Below are positions 39,164 to 50,040 of a DNA stretch of 64,000 bases, piece by piece. The notes beneath the pieces are model-generated. The model searched no databases, was not told the DNA's origin, and worked only from the letters and a program-made list of their open reading frames with translations. Source of the DNA: a virus (Duplodnaviria; Caudoviricetes). A program made the position numbers and the translations under genes. Numbering within the stretch: the first letter of the stretch is position 1; every line of letters starts with the position of its first letter. Location: IMG/VR virus record IMGVR_UViG_3300033120_001068, positions 25,023 through 89,022 of that record. One strand, given 5' to 3'.

Positions 39164-39697
39164 ATGAACTTAGGTTATGACGATGTAATAATAGAAGTAC
39201 CTTATTTGAAAAATAAGATGGTAATACTCAGATTACAAGAATTTGACCCTGAAATTGATGTAGATGATATTTTAAGAATTGATTATGGAAATATTATGGG
39301 GGAGGTTTTGACTTTCCCTCTAATGTTTAATCGAATCTCAAATTTAAGATCTGAAATTGCCTCAGTTGTTTCAACCTCAAAAATGGAACTTGATATATTT
39401 GAAGCAGAATTAGCAGAAGAATATAAAAGAAAAATTGAAGCAACTGAAAAGTCAACTGGTGATAAAGTTATTGCTGCAATAAGGAGGGATCCAAGATGGA
39501 AAGCAAAAGTTTCTTATCATATAAAAATGCAAAAACAGTTTGATATGGTAGAAGGATTATATTGGTCAGCTAAATCAAAAGATGGTAAGTTGGATAGATT
39601 TTCAGAAAAGTTCCATCCATCTGAAATGGAAAAGGAATTGGTGGAAGGGACAGTTAATGGTATTTTAATAAAATTTTCTAAAAAAGCAATAATATAA
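39164..39697 (+). CDS. UvsY-like recombination mediator
   Basis: Helical protein with AAIRRDPRW, upstream of SSB and SbcCD-like genes. Confidence 0.55.
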   Translation: MNLGYDDVIIEVPYLKNKMVILRLQEFDPEIDVDDILRIDYGNIMGEVLTFPLMFNRISNLRSEIASVVSTSKMELDIFEAELAEEYKRKIEATEKSTGDKVIAAIRRDPRWKAKVSYHIKMQKQFDMVEGLYWSAKSKDGKLDRFSEKFHPSEMEKELVEGTVNGILIKFSKKAII

Positions 39698-39703
39698 ACA
39701 CAA

Positions 39704-39895
39704 ATGGTAGGAGAAAAAGTAAGATTTTCTAAATCAAAAGAGGAGGAAGAAATCGGTATTGTTAAAGATAAGGTGAGAGGGATTTTAATGGTTAAAGGAG
39801 ACTCAAAGTTGGTTGACTATTATGTGGTTGAAGATAGGAATGGTAAAATATATCCTAACATTCTTCCTTGGAGAATTTATGAAATTTTAAAATAA
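39704..39895 (+). CDS. Hypothetical protein
   Basis: Short ORF in an operon context. Confidence 0.45.
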   Translation: MVGEKVRFSKSKEEEEIGIVKDKVRGILMVKGDSKLVDYYVVEDRNGKIYPNILPWRIYEILK

Positions 39896-39919
39896 TTTTA
39901 AACAAATAAAAAAAGAATT

Positions 39920-41287
39920 ATGAGTATTAGTGATTTAAGACAAAGATTGAAACCAGTTCCAGTTTCTGCAATTGAAGAACAAGACAAGGAACTTGACCAA
40001 CAGATGGGGAGGAGCCATGATAACCCAGATAGATTATCAGTTGAACATGGAAAAAATGTTTTTAGAATTTACCCTCCTCATGACTCATTTGATGAAAAAG
40101 GAAGAGTAAATCCTTTTGCAGAACCAAAAGTGATAACTTACTTACCAGGCATGGTTTATGATAGAACAGTTGACGGTGAGATTAAGAAAGATCCAGAAGG
40201 CAAACCATTGTATAAAACTGGCATGAAACCAGTATTTAATTCAAAAATACATGGTAAAAAAGATAATTCTGGATATCCAGTAAGTGAGGATTTAGTAGAT
40301 GAGTTTATTAGAATTGCACAAGAGAGAGGAAGAGAAATGGACGATTCTTCAAGAAAACAATTCATGCTACCTATTTATGGTTTCTATTCAAAAGATCCTA
40401 ATAAAAGGATTAATGGAGTGACATATTCACAAACTTGGGAATGCTATGCAAATAAAATTTCTAATGATGGTTCTTCTAAGTTTGGTTTACTTGAACTTAA
40501 GAAAGCAGTAAAGAATAGGATAAATAAGATTTCAAGTAATGAAAGTTCAAATGAACCTCTTGGAACTGACCCTTTTACTGATATTGTAGAAGGAAGGGGA
40601 TTGATTATTATCTACAATAAAGATGCTGATAAGCCTGAGGATTACTATACTACTGAAATTGATTCTTCTACTGAGATGGAAGACATAGGAGGAAGGATGG
40701 TTAAGGTTTTAAAAACTTACCCTTTATCAGACGAGCAAATTGAGACTTTCTTTAAAAAGGACCCTTTATCTAAAATTTACAGAAATGTATTTACAAGAAG
40801 GGACTTTGACTTACAATTAGCAGGCTTGACTATCATAGATAGAAAATATGATATGAAAATAGTTGATAGTGACGAATTTATTAGAATTGCAGAAAAAATT
40901 TCTTCCTTTTATCCAAAAGAGGAAAGTTCACAAGAACAAGAAGAAACCAACTTGACTCCAATAATTAAACCATCTGAGCCTGCTAAAAAAGTAGATGTTA
41001 AATCTGACTTGCCTTTTGAAGTAGAAGAAGACTTTTTCACAACCATGACAAGAGAGGAATTAAAAGATTTTTGTAAAGACAATTCTACAGGAATAATGGT
41101 TCTTCCAGTAAGTAAAATGTCTGATGAAAAATTAAGACAAGAACTTAGACATTGGTTGAGAGCAAGTGAGGGGAAAGATATACATGAGTCTGAAGAGGTT
41201 TCTGACCCTACTTTATTATTTGAGGAAGAAAAAACTCCTCCAATGACTGCAAGACAAAAGTTAGAAGCACTGAAAAATAAAATATAA
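39920..41287 (+). CDS. Single-stranded DNA-binding protein (T4 gp32-like)
   Basis: GKNVFRIYPP, DPFTDIVEGRGLIIIY, acidic tail with DLPF; synteny. Confidence 0.65.
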   Translation: MSISDLRQRLKPVPVSAIEEQDKELDQQMGRSHDNPDRLSVEHGKNVFRIYPPHDSFDEKGRVNPFAEPKVITYLPGMVYDRTVDGEIKKDPEGKPLYKTGMKPVFNSKIHGKKDNSGYPVSEDLVDEFIRIAQERGREMDDSSRKQFMLPIYGFYSKDPNKRINGVTYSQTWECYANKISNDGSSKFGLLELKKAVKNRINKISSNESSNEPLGTDPFTDIVEGRGLIIIYNKDADKPEDYYTTEIDSSTEMEDIGGRMVKVLKTYPLSDEQIETFFKKDPLSKIYRNVFTRRDFDLQLAGLTIIDRKYDMKIVDSDEFIRIAEKISSFYPKEESSQEQEETNLTPIIKPSEPAKKVDVKSDLPFEVEEDFFTTMTREELKDFCKDNSTGIMVLPVSKMSDEKLRQELRHWLRASEGKDIHESEEVSDPTLLFEEEKTPPMTARQKLEALKNKI

Positions 41288-41298
41288 CCATTTAGAAT

Positions 41299-41330
41299 AA
41301 TTAGGCAGTTTAAAAACTGCCTAATTTATT
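41299..41330 (+). terminator. Intrinsic terminator after SSB
   Basis: AATTAGGCAGTT / AACTGCCTAATT hairpin followed by TATT. Confidence 0.8.
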
Positions 41331-41340
41331 TAAACTAAAA

Positions 41341-41751
41341 ATGAACAGTTGTAAGACCTTATATTGCAGAAATAAAGTTGAAAAAAAGAATCAGCATTGT
41401 AATACTTGTAAAGGTAAAATATGGAGAGAAAAGAATCCTTTAAAATACACTTACAATAACCTCAAAAATAATTCTAAAAGGAGAAACAAAGAGTTTGACT
41501 TAACCCTTGAGCAATTTAAAGTTTTTTGTGTAAAAACAGATTATATCAAAGGAAAAGGGAGAACAAGAAATTCTTACTCAATTGATAGAATAGATTCTGA
41601 AAAAAGATATAATATTGATAATATCCAAATCTTGACAGTTTCAGAAAATAGTAGAAAACAAAAGTATTTAAAGTATGATTATGAAACCAAAGAAGCAATT
41701 GTAGAAACTTTAAATCCACCAATTATAAACGAAAATGAGGACCTTTTTTAA
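41341..41751 (+). CDS. HNH-like endonuclease
   Basis: SIDRIDSEKRYNIDNIQILTVSENSRK; N-terminal Cys motifs. Confidence 0.7.
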   Translation: MNSCKTLYCRNKVEKKNQHCNTCKGKIWREKNPLKYTYNNLKNNSKRRNKEFDLTLEQFKVFCVKTDYIKGKGRTRNSYSIDRIDSEKRYNIDNIQILTVSENSRKQKYLKYDYETKEAIVETLNPPIINENEDLF

Positions 41752-42789
41752 ATGAAAAAACCATTAATTGCTATTATTACAGACACTCACCTTAGTGAAA
41801 GTAACATTGATTTAAACATTGATATTTTTAGACAAGCAAGGAGGTATTGTCTTGAAAATAATTTGACTTATTTATTTCATGGAGGAGATATTTTTCACAG
41901 CAGAAAATCTCAGTCTCTAAGTGTATTAAACACTTTTCTTAAAATACTGGATGAGTTTACAGAAGATGGAATTATTCTTGTTGCAATTCCAGGAAACCAT
42001 GATAAAACTGATTACCAATCTACTGCCTCCTTCCTGGATCCATTTAAGAATCATCCTAATTTTAAATTGCATAAAACTCCAACTTTCATTTATCTTAATG
42101 AAATTCCTATTTTACTCTTTCCTTTCTTTTCAGATGAAGAATATCTAAAATACTTTTCAGATTTGAGTCATGAAAAAGTGTCTTTAAAAGATTGTCTTGT
42201 CCTAACTCACATTGGTTTCTCAGGAGCAGTGATGAATAATGGAGTAAGTGTTAAGTCAATTTCTCCTTCTTTATTTTCCAAATTTAAAAAAGTATTAGTT
42301 GGACATTACCATGACTATCAAGAAGTAGGAGAAAATATAGTTTATATAGGCTCAGCATATCAACACAATTATGGTGAAAGTTGGGAAGATAAAGGGTTGA
42401 CTGCAATTGAGGAAAATGGTAATTTAAAACTAATTCCTCTAAATTTTCCTAAGTATATAAATTTGGAAGTTGATATTGATAAACTCACTCCAATTGAAAT
42501 TAGAGAAATAGTTTTAGAAAAAGAAAATAGTATTGATAATTTAAGAGTTACTTTAATGGGAAGTGAAGAAAAACTTAAATCTTTCAGTAAAAAAGAATTA
42601 GTTGAAGGGGGAATATCAATACAAGTAAAACCTACAAAAATATCAATTGAGGAAGTTTCTTCAAATATTGAGCCTTTTACACACTCAACTTTAATTGAAC
42701 ATTTTAAAGAGTTTTGTAAGAAAAACAAATTAGAAAATATTGATAAAGGGTTGAATTATTTAGAAAAAGCTTTAAAAATTAAACAATAA
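41752..42789 (+). CDS. sbcD: SbcD/Mre11/gp47-like nuclease
   Basis: DTH, GGDIFH, PGNHD, THIG and GHYH. Confidence 0.9.
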   Translation: MKKPLIAIITDTHLSESNIDLNIDIFRQARRYCLENNLTYLFHGGDIFHSRKSQSLSVLNTFLKILDEFTEDGIILVAIPGNHDKTDYQSTASFLDPFKNHPNFKLHKTPTFIYLNEIPILLFPFFSDEEYLKYFSDLSHEKVSLKDCLVLTHIGFSGAVMNNGVSVKSISPSLFSKFKKVLVGHYHDYQEVGENIVYIGSAYQHNYGESWEDKGLTAIEENGNLKLIPLNFPKYINLEVDIDKLTPIEIREIVLEKENSIDNLRVTLMGSEEKLKSFSKKELVEGGISIQVKPTKISIEEVSSNIEPFTHSTLIEHFKEFCKKNKLENIDKGLNYLEKALKIKQ

Positions 42790-44867
42790 TGTGGATATCA
42801 AAAAAACTAATAATTAAGAATTTTCTTAGTCATAAAGACACAGAATTTGAATTTTCAGTTGGAAAAGCAAAAGTTGTAATTGGTGAAAATCTGGATGATT
42901 CTGGTCAAAAAGGAAATGGTGCAGGAAAATCATCTTTAAATGAAGCAATTTCTGTCTGCATAACAGGAGGGAGTATTAGGCCAGTTTTAACAAGGGAGTT
43001 GATTAGAAATGGAGAAGAAAGTTGTGAATTAACCTACATACTTGACAATAAAGTTCTTGGTAAAGAACTTAGTATAAAAAGAACTTTATACAGTAAAGCT
43101 TCTAAATCCTCAAAATGTTCAATACTTATAAATGATGAAGAAGTTATAAAATCAGATATAACTGAGTACAACCGTTTTATTTTAGAATTGATTGGAATAA
43201 CTAAGGATGACTTCTTCAATTATTTTTTAATAACCAAGGAGCAATATAAGCCTTTCCTTCTTGTTGGAGATAGAGAAAAAAAAGAAACTATAAATAGATT
43301 TTCAGGTGCAAATAGTATTGATGAAGTTTTTGGTTTTATAGATAAGGATTTATCTGAAAAAACTACTAATCTTCAAACCAAATCTAATTCTACTTTTACA
43401 ACTGAATCTGAAATAGAATTCTATAAAAACAGAATAGTAGAGGAGGAGGAGAAGGTTAAAGATACTTATATTGACCAATTGGTGAAAAATTTAGAAAATG
43501 AATTGCAAGATCTAATTAGTCAAAAAAATGAAGTTAGGGCCTCAATTCTGTCTTTAAACTCAAAACAAGAGACTAACAATAAATTAGTTGATTTGAAGAA
43601 TTCTAAACTAATTGAATTAGAAAATTTAATTAATCCTTATTCAATAAAGATAAATGAATTACAGACACTTATTGAAAAATATAGTGAAGATTCTAAAAAA
43701 GTTGCAAGTAAATATAAGTCTGAGGTTGATGAAATTCTTAAAACAGAAAAAGAAACTGAGTTACTTAAAACTGAGTTTGAGTCTGAATTGACTAAACTAA
43801 ACTCATTGAAGAAAACCATAGAAAACAAACTCTTAGGAATAATAGTTTGTCCAAAATGTTCTCATGAATTTATAACCTCTGAAAAGGAATTTGATGTAGA
43901 AAAAGGAAAAATAGAAGTTCTTTCTTTAAAAAACAATATACAGGAAAATAAAGAACTTTTATCTGATATAACAGGACTTTATGGGCAAATTGAGATAGAT
44001 AAAGAAAGTATTAGGAAAAAAGTGTCTTTTGATAAAGAGAATATAAATAAGGAAATTTTAAAATTCAATGACCAGATTTCTATTCAACTAAAAACTATTC
44101 AAAACTATAAGTTAGAAATCTCAGAAATAAAATCTGAAATTTCTTTACTCCTGCAATCCAACTCAGGAATTGAGAAAGAAAAGCAAATTGTGAACAAGCA
44201 AATAGAAAGACTCTCTATTGAAATACTTTCTTATAATGAAACCTTAATTCCAAATGCAAAAATAAAGGATAGGAAAACTATTGAACAGTTAGAAATAAAA
44301 CTATCATCTTTAAGAAACTCTTTAGACACTATTCAAAAGGAAAAAGATGTATTGGTTCAAGAAACAAAAGAAATTGAAAATTGGGAACAGTATTTTAAAA
44401 GTTTTAAATCAAACTTAGCCAACCAATCTATTCAGACTATTGCAGACTATACAAATTTTTTCTTAGAAAGAATGCAGTCAAATATAACCATAAATATTGA
44501 AGGATATAAAGTGCTTTCTGATAAAAGAGTGAAGGAACAAATTATAACTAAGGTTTTCAAAGATGGTTTTGAAGAAGGAAGTTATGGTAAGTTTTCTGCA
44601 GGAGAAAGAGGTAGGATAGAAATTTGTTGTATCCTTGCCTTACAAGAACTTATAAACCTAAACACAGAAGGAGGAGGATTGGATTTACTGATATGTGATG
44701 AAATTTTAGATTCCCTTGATACAATGGGACTTGAAAATATAGTTAATTCTCTACAAACTTTAGAAAAGACAATAATGATAGTTTCTCAAAATGAGATAAA
44801 CTCATTATCTTCATCTACTATAATGATTACAAAACAAAACAAAATTTCAACTGTCTATGTCAATTAA
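42789..44867 (+). CDS. sbcC: SbcC/Rad50/gp46-like ATPase
   Basis: GNGAGKSS, coiled coil with a CPKC hook, FSAGERGR and ICDEILD. Confidence 0.92.
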   Translation: MWISKKLIIKNFLSHKDTEFEFSVGKAKVVIGENLDDSGQKGNGAGKSSLNEAISVCITGGSIRPVLTRELIRNGEESCELTYILDNKVLGKELSIKRTLYSKASKSSKCSILINDEEVIKSDITEYNRFILELIGITKDDFFNYFLITKEQYKPFLLVGDREKKETINRFSGANSIDEVFGFIDKDLSEKTTNLQTKSNSTFTTESEIEFYKNRIVEEEEKVKDTYIDQLVKNLENELQDLISQKNEVRASILSLNSKQETNNKLVDLKNSKLIELENLINPYSIKINELQTLIEKYSEDSKKVASKYKSEVDEILKTEKETELLKTEFESELTKLNSLKKTIENKLLGIIVCPKCSHEFITSEKEFDVEKGKIEVLSLKNNIQENKELLSDITGLYGQIEIDKESIRKKVSFDKENINKEILKFNDQISIQLKTIQNYKLEISEIKSEISLLLQSNSGIEKEKQIVNKQIERLSIEILSYNETLIPNAKIKDRKTIEQLEIKLSSLRNSLDTIQKEKDVLVQETKEIENWEQYFKSFKSNLANQSIQTIADYTNFFLERMQSNITINIEGYKVLSDKRVKEQIITKVFKDGFEEGSYGKFSAGERGRIEICCILALQELINLNTEGGGLDLLICDEILDSLDTMGLENIVNSLQTLEKTIMIVSQNEINSLSSSTIMITKQNKISTVYVN

Positions 44868-45390
44868 ACTTTTTATTGGAATCGACCCAGGAAAAATGGG
44901 AGGAATTTCTGTAATAACTGAAAATTTAGAAGTTATTCATACTCAATCTTGCCCGGTTATAAAAACTGAATTTGATAGATTTGGAATGGTTGAATTGTTG
45001 ACAAGATTTACAAAAGATTCTAAATATTCAATACACCATGTAGTCTTGGAGGATATTCATGCAGTTCAAGTTTCTGGCAGGACAGGGGCCTTTACAATGG
45101 GAGAAGGGAAGGGAATATGGGAAGGAATTTTACCCTCCTTGAACCTAAGACATTCTTTAATACAGCCTAAGGAATGGCAGGCTTTGGTTTGGAAGGGAGT
45201 TAAGAAGGTTATGGTTACATCTTCAAGTGGGAAAACTAAAGTTTGTGATACCAAGTCAACTTCTTTACTTTCAGTAAAAAATTTATTTCCAGGACTTAAA
45301 TTAACTTGTCCAACTAAACCAAGATCTTCTATTCCACATGATGGAATAGTTGATTCTTTACTTATTGCTTATTATGCTTCAAAAATGTAA
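44857..45390 (+). CDS. RuvC-like Holliday junction resolvase
   Basis: IGIDPG, VVLED and HDGIVDSLLIA. Confidence 0.8.
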   Translation: MSIKLFIGIDPGKMGGISVITENLEVIHTQSCPVIKTEFDRFGMVELLTRFTKDSKYSIHHVVLEDIHAVQVSGRTGAFTMGEGKGIWEGILPSLNLRHSLIQPKEWQALVWKGVKKVMVTSSSGKTKVCDTKSTSLLSVKNLFPGLKLTCPTKPRSSIPHDGIVDSLLIAYYASKM

Positions 45391-45395
45391 AAAAA

Positions 45396-45655
45396 TGAAT
45401 AAAGAAGAGAAAGATTTTATAAAGAAAGATTCTGCTATTGCTTTAAATGAGATTGATTGGTTTGTAATTCAAACCAATGTAATTCCTGAGAACAGTGAAG
45501 ATGAAGAAAACAAACTTTTAAGAATAAAGAAACAACTTCTAAAATTAGAAAAAGAAGAAATAGTTGACTTATTTTTTAAAGTTTTAGAAGCAGAAAGGTT
45601 ATCAAATGAATACCTTGAAATTTTTTTAAAACTATTAAATTTTGAGCATGTATAA
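45396..45655 (+). CDS. Hypothetical protein
   Basis: Likely start at MNKEEKD. Confidence 0.45.
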
Positions 45656-45950
45656 CTATTGGTGTGTTAACAGAAAAAATAACCCAAATTGTGAATTTTG
45701 TACCATAAAAGGGGATTTACAAATTGAAGAAGAAAAAGAACATTTATGTCCAAATAATGAAGAAATTAAACTAAAATTATTAGGAAGAACTGTTACTGGA
45801 ATATTAGGAAATAAAATGACTAAACTTGAAATAAAACAAGACAGACAGAAAAGATCTTCTCAAAACTTTAAAAAGGAAGTTTTACCAACCTTTGCAAAAG
45901 GGTCAGATGAAGCAATTCATTTTAGAAAGAAATATGGATATAAAGGATAA
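45642..45950 (+). CDS. Hypothetical Cys-containing protein
   Basis: Intact ORF with C...CEFC...C. Confidence 0.5.
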   Translation: MSMYNYWCVNRKNNPNCEFCTIKGDLQIEEEKEHLCPNNEEIKLKLLGRTVTGILGNKMTKLEIKQDRQKRSSQNFKKEVLPTFAKGSDEAIHFRKKYGYKG

Positions 45951-45977
45951 ATAAAACCTTTTAAGGTAAGAAAAAAA

Positions 45978-46012
45978 GGTAAATTTCAATAAAATTGAGA
46001 TTTACCCTATTT
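45978..46012 (+). terminator. Probable terminator hairpin
   Basis: GGTAAATTTCAAT / ATTGAGATTTACC with one G-U pair. Confidence 0.55.
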
Positions 46013-46030
46013 CTGTTAGGCTTTATTAAA

Positions 46031-46101
46031 TTTTTTATTTAAAATATTTTTATTTAAATAAACTTTCATTATATTTATACTATAAACTCAAACAAATAAA
46101 A
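46031..46101 (+). promoter_or_regulatory. Phage promoter repeat copy
   Basis: Same palindrome, TATATTTA and AACTCAAAC elements. Confidence 0.8.
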
Positions 46102-46111
46102 ACTACATATT

Positions 46112-46806
46112 ATGAAAGAAGTATATTTCAAAAGTTCTTATAAAATAGGAAAAAGAACTGAAAAAAGAACTGGTTTGATAGTTATCAATGCACAAGGCAA
46201 AATTTCAGTTTCAGTTAATGAATCTAAATATCATTCAGGAGCAAGTAATTATTTTATTAAAAACCTTGCTAAAGAAATAATAGAATCAGACTACAACCAC
46301 CCTGCTATCACCAATAAGTTTGGTTTTGAAAAAGAAATTGAAGATTTAGTAGTTTCTTTAACTGAACAAACAAAAGTTTCTTTAACTGAATATCTTGAAA
46401 GAGTAGAAGAATGGTCAGAAAAAACTTTAATGATATTGTAAATAGACTATCTTGGTCTGAGGAAAAATGGGAATTTATATTATCAGAAGGTAAGTATAAA
46501 GGCATAGCACATCCAAAGTATAATTCTATGATGAATGAATCTCATAAAGTTAAAAATATGGGTTTTGAGAAATTTCTTGAAATAAAATTAGAAGAAGCAA
46601 ACTCACATTACTTAAATTCAGTATATAAATTAGCAAGAAGGGTATTTGATAATGAGTTTAATTTTTCCAATATTCAAGTTGTTAAAAGTAAAGTAGAGGA
46701 AAATTTAACCATTACTATTACTGATGGTGTAAAAACCTTGAATGCTTACACAATAATAGCAAGTGGTCCTATTCAATGTCCTCATTATCGTTGCCTAATT
46801 AAATAA
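46112..46806 (+). pseudogene. Probable single gene split by a frameshift (ORFs 46112-46441 and 46411-46806)
   Basis: Adding one A to the A6 run at 46419-46424 gives the continuous reading ...ERVEEWSEKNFNDIVNRLSW... Confidence 0.4.
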
Positions 46807-46814
46807 ATTGAAAA

Positions 46815-47970
46815 ATGAGCACTTTAAAAGTAGTGTGTAATTTCATTGAAGGCAAGGAGATTATCATTGAAGGCAAGGAGATTATGAAATTGAAAGATGA
46901 AGGCTTCTTTATTCTTGACAATTGCATTATATGGGCAACTCATTTACCAACTTGCACACTTGAAAGTCTTGATAAATCATTAAGTAATTTTCCAGATGGT
47001 TGGGTGTATTATAATAAAAAAAATTATTATAAGTATTCAATATTTGCAGAGGTGGTACAAGTAAATGGATATATGTTTTTATCATTAAAAAATAAACTAA
47101 AAGAAATAAAATGATTACAAAGTATTTAATTGAAGGAGGCTTTATAGAAGTCTTTTTTGAAAAAGAAACAGAAACAATTGAAGTTGTTGAAAAAATAAAT
47201 GGTGAGAAAGAAACTTTATTTCTACTTTCAAGAAAGATAGTTGAGATAAATAGTATTTTAGAACTTTTTCCTAGAGTTTTATTGAATGATGAAGTTTATA
47301 AAATACAAGACAAAGATATAACTTTATCCAAGATTTTAGTTGAGATTGTCCACAAAGTGAATAGAAAATGTTTGACTTTTCAAATTTCAGTTATAGAAAG
47401 GGCAATCTATTCTTGGGAAGTAAAGTTTGGAATACAATGCAATGCAATTCTTATAAACTCAAACAAATTTTCTTTATTTAGAGATAAAGTTAAGTTAGAC
47501 TCAGTTCGTGCTAACAGTATTTTGTCTTACAAAGGGTGTTTAGTTTATTTTACTTCTTGCAACAATGACTTAGATACTCTTGAAATATCAAAGGATGACT
47601 ATAAAGTGGGGTTAGTAGGCTAGAATTGAAAACAATTAAAGAAAACACTTTTTATTAAAGAAGTAAGGATATTTTATCAATCAATCTAATAAATAGAATA
47701 ATGAGTTCACAAAAAAATAAAGAAATAAATTCTCTTTTATCAAAGTTTGATAATGGAATTGAACTTTACCAAACTAATGCTATTTTTGCAAATTGCATTG
47801 AACATTTACTTAGAGGAGGAGATGTTTACAAAATACTTGAACAAATTATAGTTCTTCAATACAATCAAGAAAAGTACTTAAAAGGTATTATTCAAAATGG
47901 AAATACTACTCAAAGGATAATTCTTTCAAAAGAAAAGTATGATGAAGTACTTAAAGAGCTGCAAAAGTAG
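46815..47970 (+). CDS. Three hypothetical ORFs (46815-47114, 47111-47623, 47701-47970)
   Basis: Intact, closely spaced accessory ORFs with no recognisable motifs. Confidence 0.5.
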
Positions 47971-48227
47971 TTCTATTTTTTTAAGGTGGTTGTATATATT
48001 TTAAAACTAGTATAGTTTTATAAATATACTTTAATCTTATAACTTTAATCTTATTATATACAAGGTAAAAGTTTTAAGGGTTGCAAGCTTTAAAAATTAG
48101 AGATAGGGAAATTGATTTTTAACCGCCTTTTGCATATAAAAAGAGAACCAGACTATTTTAATTAACTAAATTTTATTTAAAGAACTTTTTGTTAATTAAT
48201 CAAATTAAATTAAATTAACTTTCTACA
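47971..48227. other. AT-rich intergenic region with an inverted repeat and tandem ACTTTAATCTTAT repeats (origin candidate)
   Basis: AAAACTA-GTA-TAGTTTT hairpin and two ACTTTAATCTTAT copies at about 48028-48053, upstream of a wHTH initiator-like ORF. Confidence 0.3.
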
Positions 48228-48605
48228 ATGAAGTTTAATTCTGACTTATACCTTGAATCATTAGTTTCCTCAGACTTTTTGATGTTAAATAGAAAATTAC
48301 TTAGATCTTTTAAGTTGGTTAAGGGAGTTTATATTTCTGAGTTAATTTCAAGACAAAGATTTTGTAGAACAACTAATCAACTAATTGAAATTGAAGGAAA
48401 GGGTGGAAATTGGTTTTATGCACAAAGAGACTCAATAACTTTTAGTACCACCTTGTCTGAACACCAGCAGAGGGTATGCACTCAATTTTTTGAGGAAGAA
48501 GGAATGCTTGAAATAACTTTTAAAGAATCAACAGACAGAAAAGCATTTTATAGATTAAATTCAAAACTAATACTAAAAAAAATCGAAGATGAAGTCATCA
48601 ATTGA
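48228..48605 (+). CDS. Winged-helix protein resembling phage replication-initiator N-termini
   Basis: NWFYAQRDSI...TTLSEHQQR...LEI...FYRLN pattern. Confidence 0.55.
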   Translation: MKFNSDLYLESLVSSDFLMLNRKLLRSFKLVKGVYISELISRQRFCRTTNQLIEIEGKGGNWFYAQRDSITFSTTLSEHQQRVCTQFFEEEGMLEITFKESTDRKAFYRLNSKLILKKIEDEVIN

Positions 48606-50040
48606 ACAGCAAGCAGTAGAAAAAGCAGTAGTGGAAACTAACTTTAATATTTGTGTAGAGGCAACGGCAGGTAGTGGTAAAACTACAACTGCATTAAGAT
48701 GCTTAACATTACTTCCAAAATTTAAAAGAACAATTTTTTTATCTTTTTCAAATACTATTGTTAGTGAGTTAAAGGAGAAGGTTCCATTAGGAGTTACTGC
48801 AAGTACATTACATTCATTAGGATTTAGATCTATTATAAAATCTCATAAAGTTAAGGTGGAGGAGAATAAGTATTTCAAAAAATGTTTATTTACTTTTTTT
48901 GCTGATAAAAAAGAAAAAGAAAAAGAAGATTATAAAGACTGTTATAGAACTCAAGACATCTGTTCTTATGCAAGAATGACACTCACCCCTTTTATTAAAA
49001 GTCCACTTATTGATATGTGTAACTACTATGGAATTGACTACACAGAAGAAAGTTTAAATTATGCAGTTGAGTTATTAAATACTCCTGAAAAATATTTAAG
49101 AGAAGTAGATTTTACAGATATGTTATATTTGCCTATAACCATGCCTGGTTTAATTAAAGATAAATTTGATTATGTTTTTCTTGATGAGGCACAAGATTTA
49201 AATGAGTGCCAGTCAAAGTTTATACAAATGATTCTTGCTAAAAATGGAAGACTATTTGCTTTTGGAGATTCTTACCAGTCAATCTATTCTTTTGCAGGAA
49301 GTTCTATTGATAGTTTTCAAAAGTTGCAACAAAAAGAAAACACCATAACCCTACCCTTATCAGTCACATATAGATGCTCTAAAGACATTGCAATTGAAGC
49401 ACAAAGAGTATGCCATTCCATAAAACCATTTGAAGGCAATGAAAAAGGGATAGTAAGGAATGGGGAAATTTATGAAATAGTTTCAGGTGATATGGTTTTA
49501 GGAAGAACCACTAAGTCACTTATTTCACTTTATTTTATTCTTTTAAAAGATGGAAAAAAGGCTAAAATATGGGGAAAGGATATTGAAAAAGGATTAGTTG
49601 AATTGGCAAAAAAGACAAAAGGATATACTTTTGATATGGTTAAAAATAATTTTAAAAAAGAACTTGAAAAATGTATTGAAGAACTAAAAAAACTTGGAAT
49701 TAAAAATTATTCTTATCATCCTAAATTTGAGTCTTTAACTGAGAAAGTTCAAGTTTTAGAAGTAATTTTAGATAATACGACTGACCCTTATTTACTGCCT
49801 GAAAAAGTATCAGAAATATTTAAAGAAAGTGAAGAAGGGATTTCTTTAATGACTTTACACCGTTCAAAAGGATTAGAAAGAGATAGGGTATTTATGATAA
49901 CAAAATATAATGGAAAGTCTACCCTACCACATTCAAGAGCAATACAGCCTTGGGAATTAGTTCAAGAAAGAAATTTAGAATTTGTAGGACTTACAAGAGC
50001 AAAAAGGGAATTAGTTTTTTTAAATTTAGAAGATGAGTAG
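48589..50040 (+). CDS. uvrD: UvrD/Rep-like SF1 helicase
   Basis: ATAGSGKTT, LDEAQD, GDSYQSIY, TYRC, HRSKGLE and VGLTRAK. Confidence 0.92.
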   Translation: MKSSIEQQAVEKAVVETNFNICVEATAGSGKTTTALRCLTLLPKFKRTIFLSFSNTIVSELKEKVPLGVTASTLHSLGFRSIIKSHKVKVEENKYFKKCLFTFFADKKEKEKEDYKDCYRTQDICSYARMTLTPFIKSPLIDMCNYYGIDYTEESLNYAVELLNTPEKYLREVDFTDMLYLPITMPGLIKDKFDYVFLDEAQDLNECQSKFIQMILAKNGRLFAFGDSYQSIYSFAGSSIDSFQKLQQKENTITLPLSVTYRCSKDIAIEAQRVCHSIKPFEGNEKGIVRNGEIYEIVSGDMVLGRTTKSLISLYFILLKDGKKAKIWGKDIEKGLVELAKKTKGYTFDMVKNNFKKELEKCIEELKKLGIKNYSYHPKFESLTEKVQVLEVILDNTTDPYLLPEKVSEIFKESEEGISLMTLHRSKGLERDRVFMITKYNGKSTLPHSRAIQPWELVQERNLEFVGLTRAKRELVFLNLEDE

